Source: Gammaproteobacteria bacterium (GTDB lineage: Bacteria; Pseudomonadota; Gammaproteobacteria; UBA4575). From it: a DNA stretch of 64,000 bases. The stretch covers positions 756,068 to 820,067 of the forward strand of contig OZ242168.1 of assembly GCA_965205275.1 (NCBI GenBank), read 5' to 3'. Positions within the stretch are counted from its first letter, which is position 1; each line of letters begins with the position of its first letter. This document shows, one piece after another, positions 63,601-64,000 of this stretch. Below the pieces are notes generated by a model. It did no database searches, was not told where the DNA came from, and saw only the letters and a list, made by a program, of their open reading frames with translations. The position numbers and the translations under genes are program-made.

Positions 63601-63939
63601 CTACTTGATCATGGAAAAAATAATAGAAGGTACCAATGGCTCACCGGGCGGCCGAATCGCTTCAATACACATTTCTGCCTCTGGGTTATTGGCCGACATC
63701 ATTACTTCCAAAACATCACCCGCTGCCAGTGGGACGATTCCCTGCGATATAATGACGTCCTTCGCCATGCTGCCAGCATCCTGACATAGCTGTACATTGG
63801 AATTAGCTATATCACCCCCATTTACACGCAGCCATAGATCAAAACAACCATAGGGTCCCCCACTTTCGCGCCCAACCTGGGGCGCGGCAACGATTAGATA
63901 GGGTGCCGCCTCACTGACAGTGATTTTGTTATCTGTCAT
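63601..63939 (-). CDS. hypothetical protein, possible C1q/TNF-like jelly-roll domain
   Basis: 112-aa ORF. Weak resemblance only. Upstream context is cut off by the window end. Confidence 0.25.
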   Translation of the reverse strand: MTDNKITVSEAAPYLIVAAPQVGRESGGPYGCFDLWLRVNGGDIANSNVQLCQDAGSMAKDVIISQGIVPLAAGDVLEVMMSANNPEAEMCIEAIRPPGEPLVPSIIFSMIK

Positions 63940-64000
63940 GGTAATACCATTGGCTGCATCCGTTATGTCTATTCTAACTACCTCGGGTGCCGTACCCGGG

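Overview
This 64-kb window is a GC-rich, probably gammaproteobacterial chromosomal segment. Conserved housekeeping operons flank and interleave with an insertion-sequence-dense accessory region between about 6.7 and 33 kb.

Core genes, all called from motifs visible in the translations: a cytochrome P450 directly downstream of fur; a cbb3-type oxidase cluster (SCO1/SenC, ccoN, ccoO, a CcoQ-like small protein, an atypical mono-haem CcoP-like cytochrome c) followed by a DUF302 gene; an AddB-AddA recombination helicase-nuclease operon; divergent bacterioferritin and Bfd genes; exbB-exbD-exbD-tonB with a convergent TonB-dependent receptor; and genes for a HIT protein, PPK2, an AI-2E transporter, CFA synthase, a lipoprotein, a LysM L,D-transpeptidase, BioA, a class-V aminotransferase, FadI/FadJ and an RRM protein.

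Accessory content:
- Two identical 815-bp IS5-family (IS427-group-like) copies with 17-bp perfect inverted repeats and TA target-site duplications, at 7174-7988 and 19785-20599.
- Three IS3-family elements (one apparently intact IS407-like, one with a split orfB, one IS3-group), three further IS3 fragments, and one IS256-family element.
- An AT-rich roughly 5.7-kb island bounded by about 47-bp imperfect direct repeats, carrying a secreted DsrE-like gene and orphan ORFs.
- A ParD/ParE toxin-antitoxin pair.
- A roughly 5-kb autotransporter adhesin (FN3/cadherin-like repeats) degraded by two frameshifts and an in-frame stop.
- A frameshifted DUF1295 gene and a repeat-containing lipoprotein gene.

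The two most interesting candidates for undescribed biology:
- An insertion-sequence-flanked, AT-rich nuclease-like cluster at 16.0-19.8 kb: a 708-aa protein with a NERD/PD-(D/E)xK-like core and a C-terminal SEC-C zinc motif, a 202-aa PD-(D/E)xK-like protein, and a divergent HNH-like gene interrupted by an IS copy.
- A standalone 1110-aa fusion of a Cas4/RecB-like Fe-S nuclease with an SF1B (Upf1/Dna2-like) helicase, next to bfd.

No CRISPR array, tRNA or rRNA was recognised.
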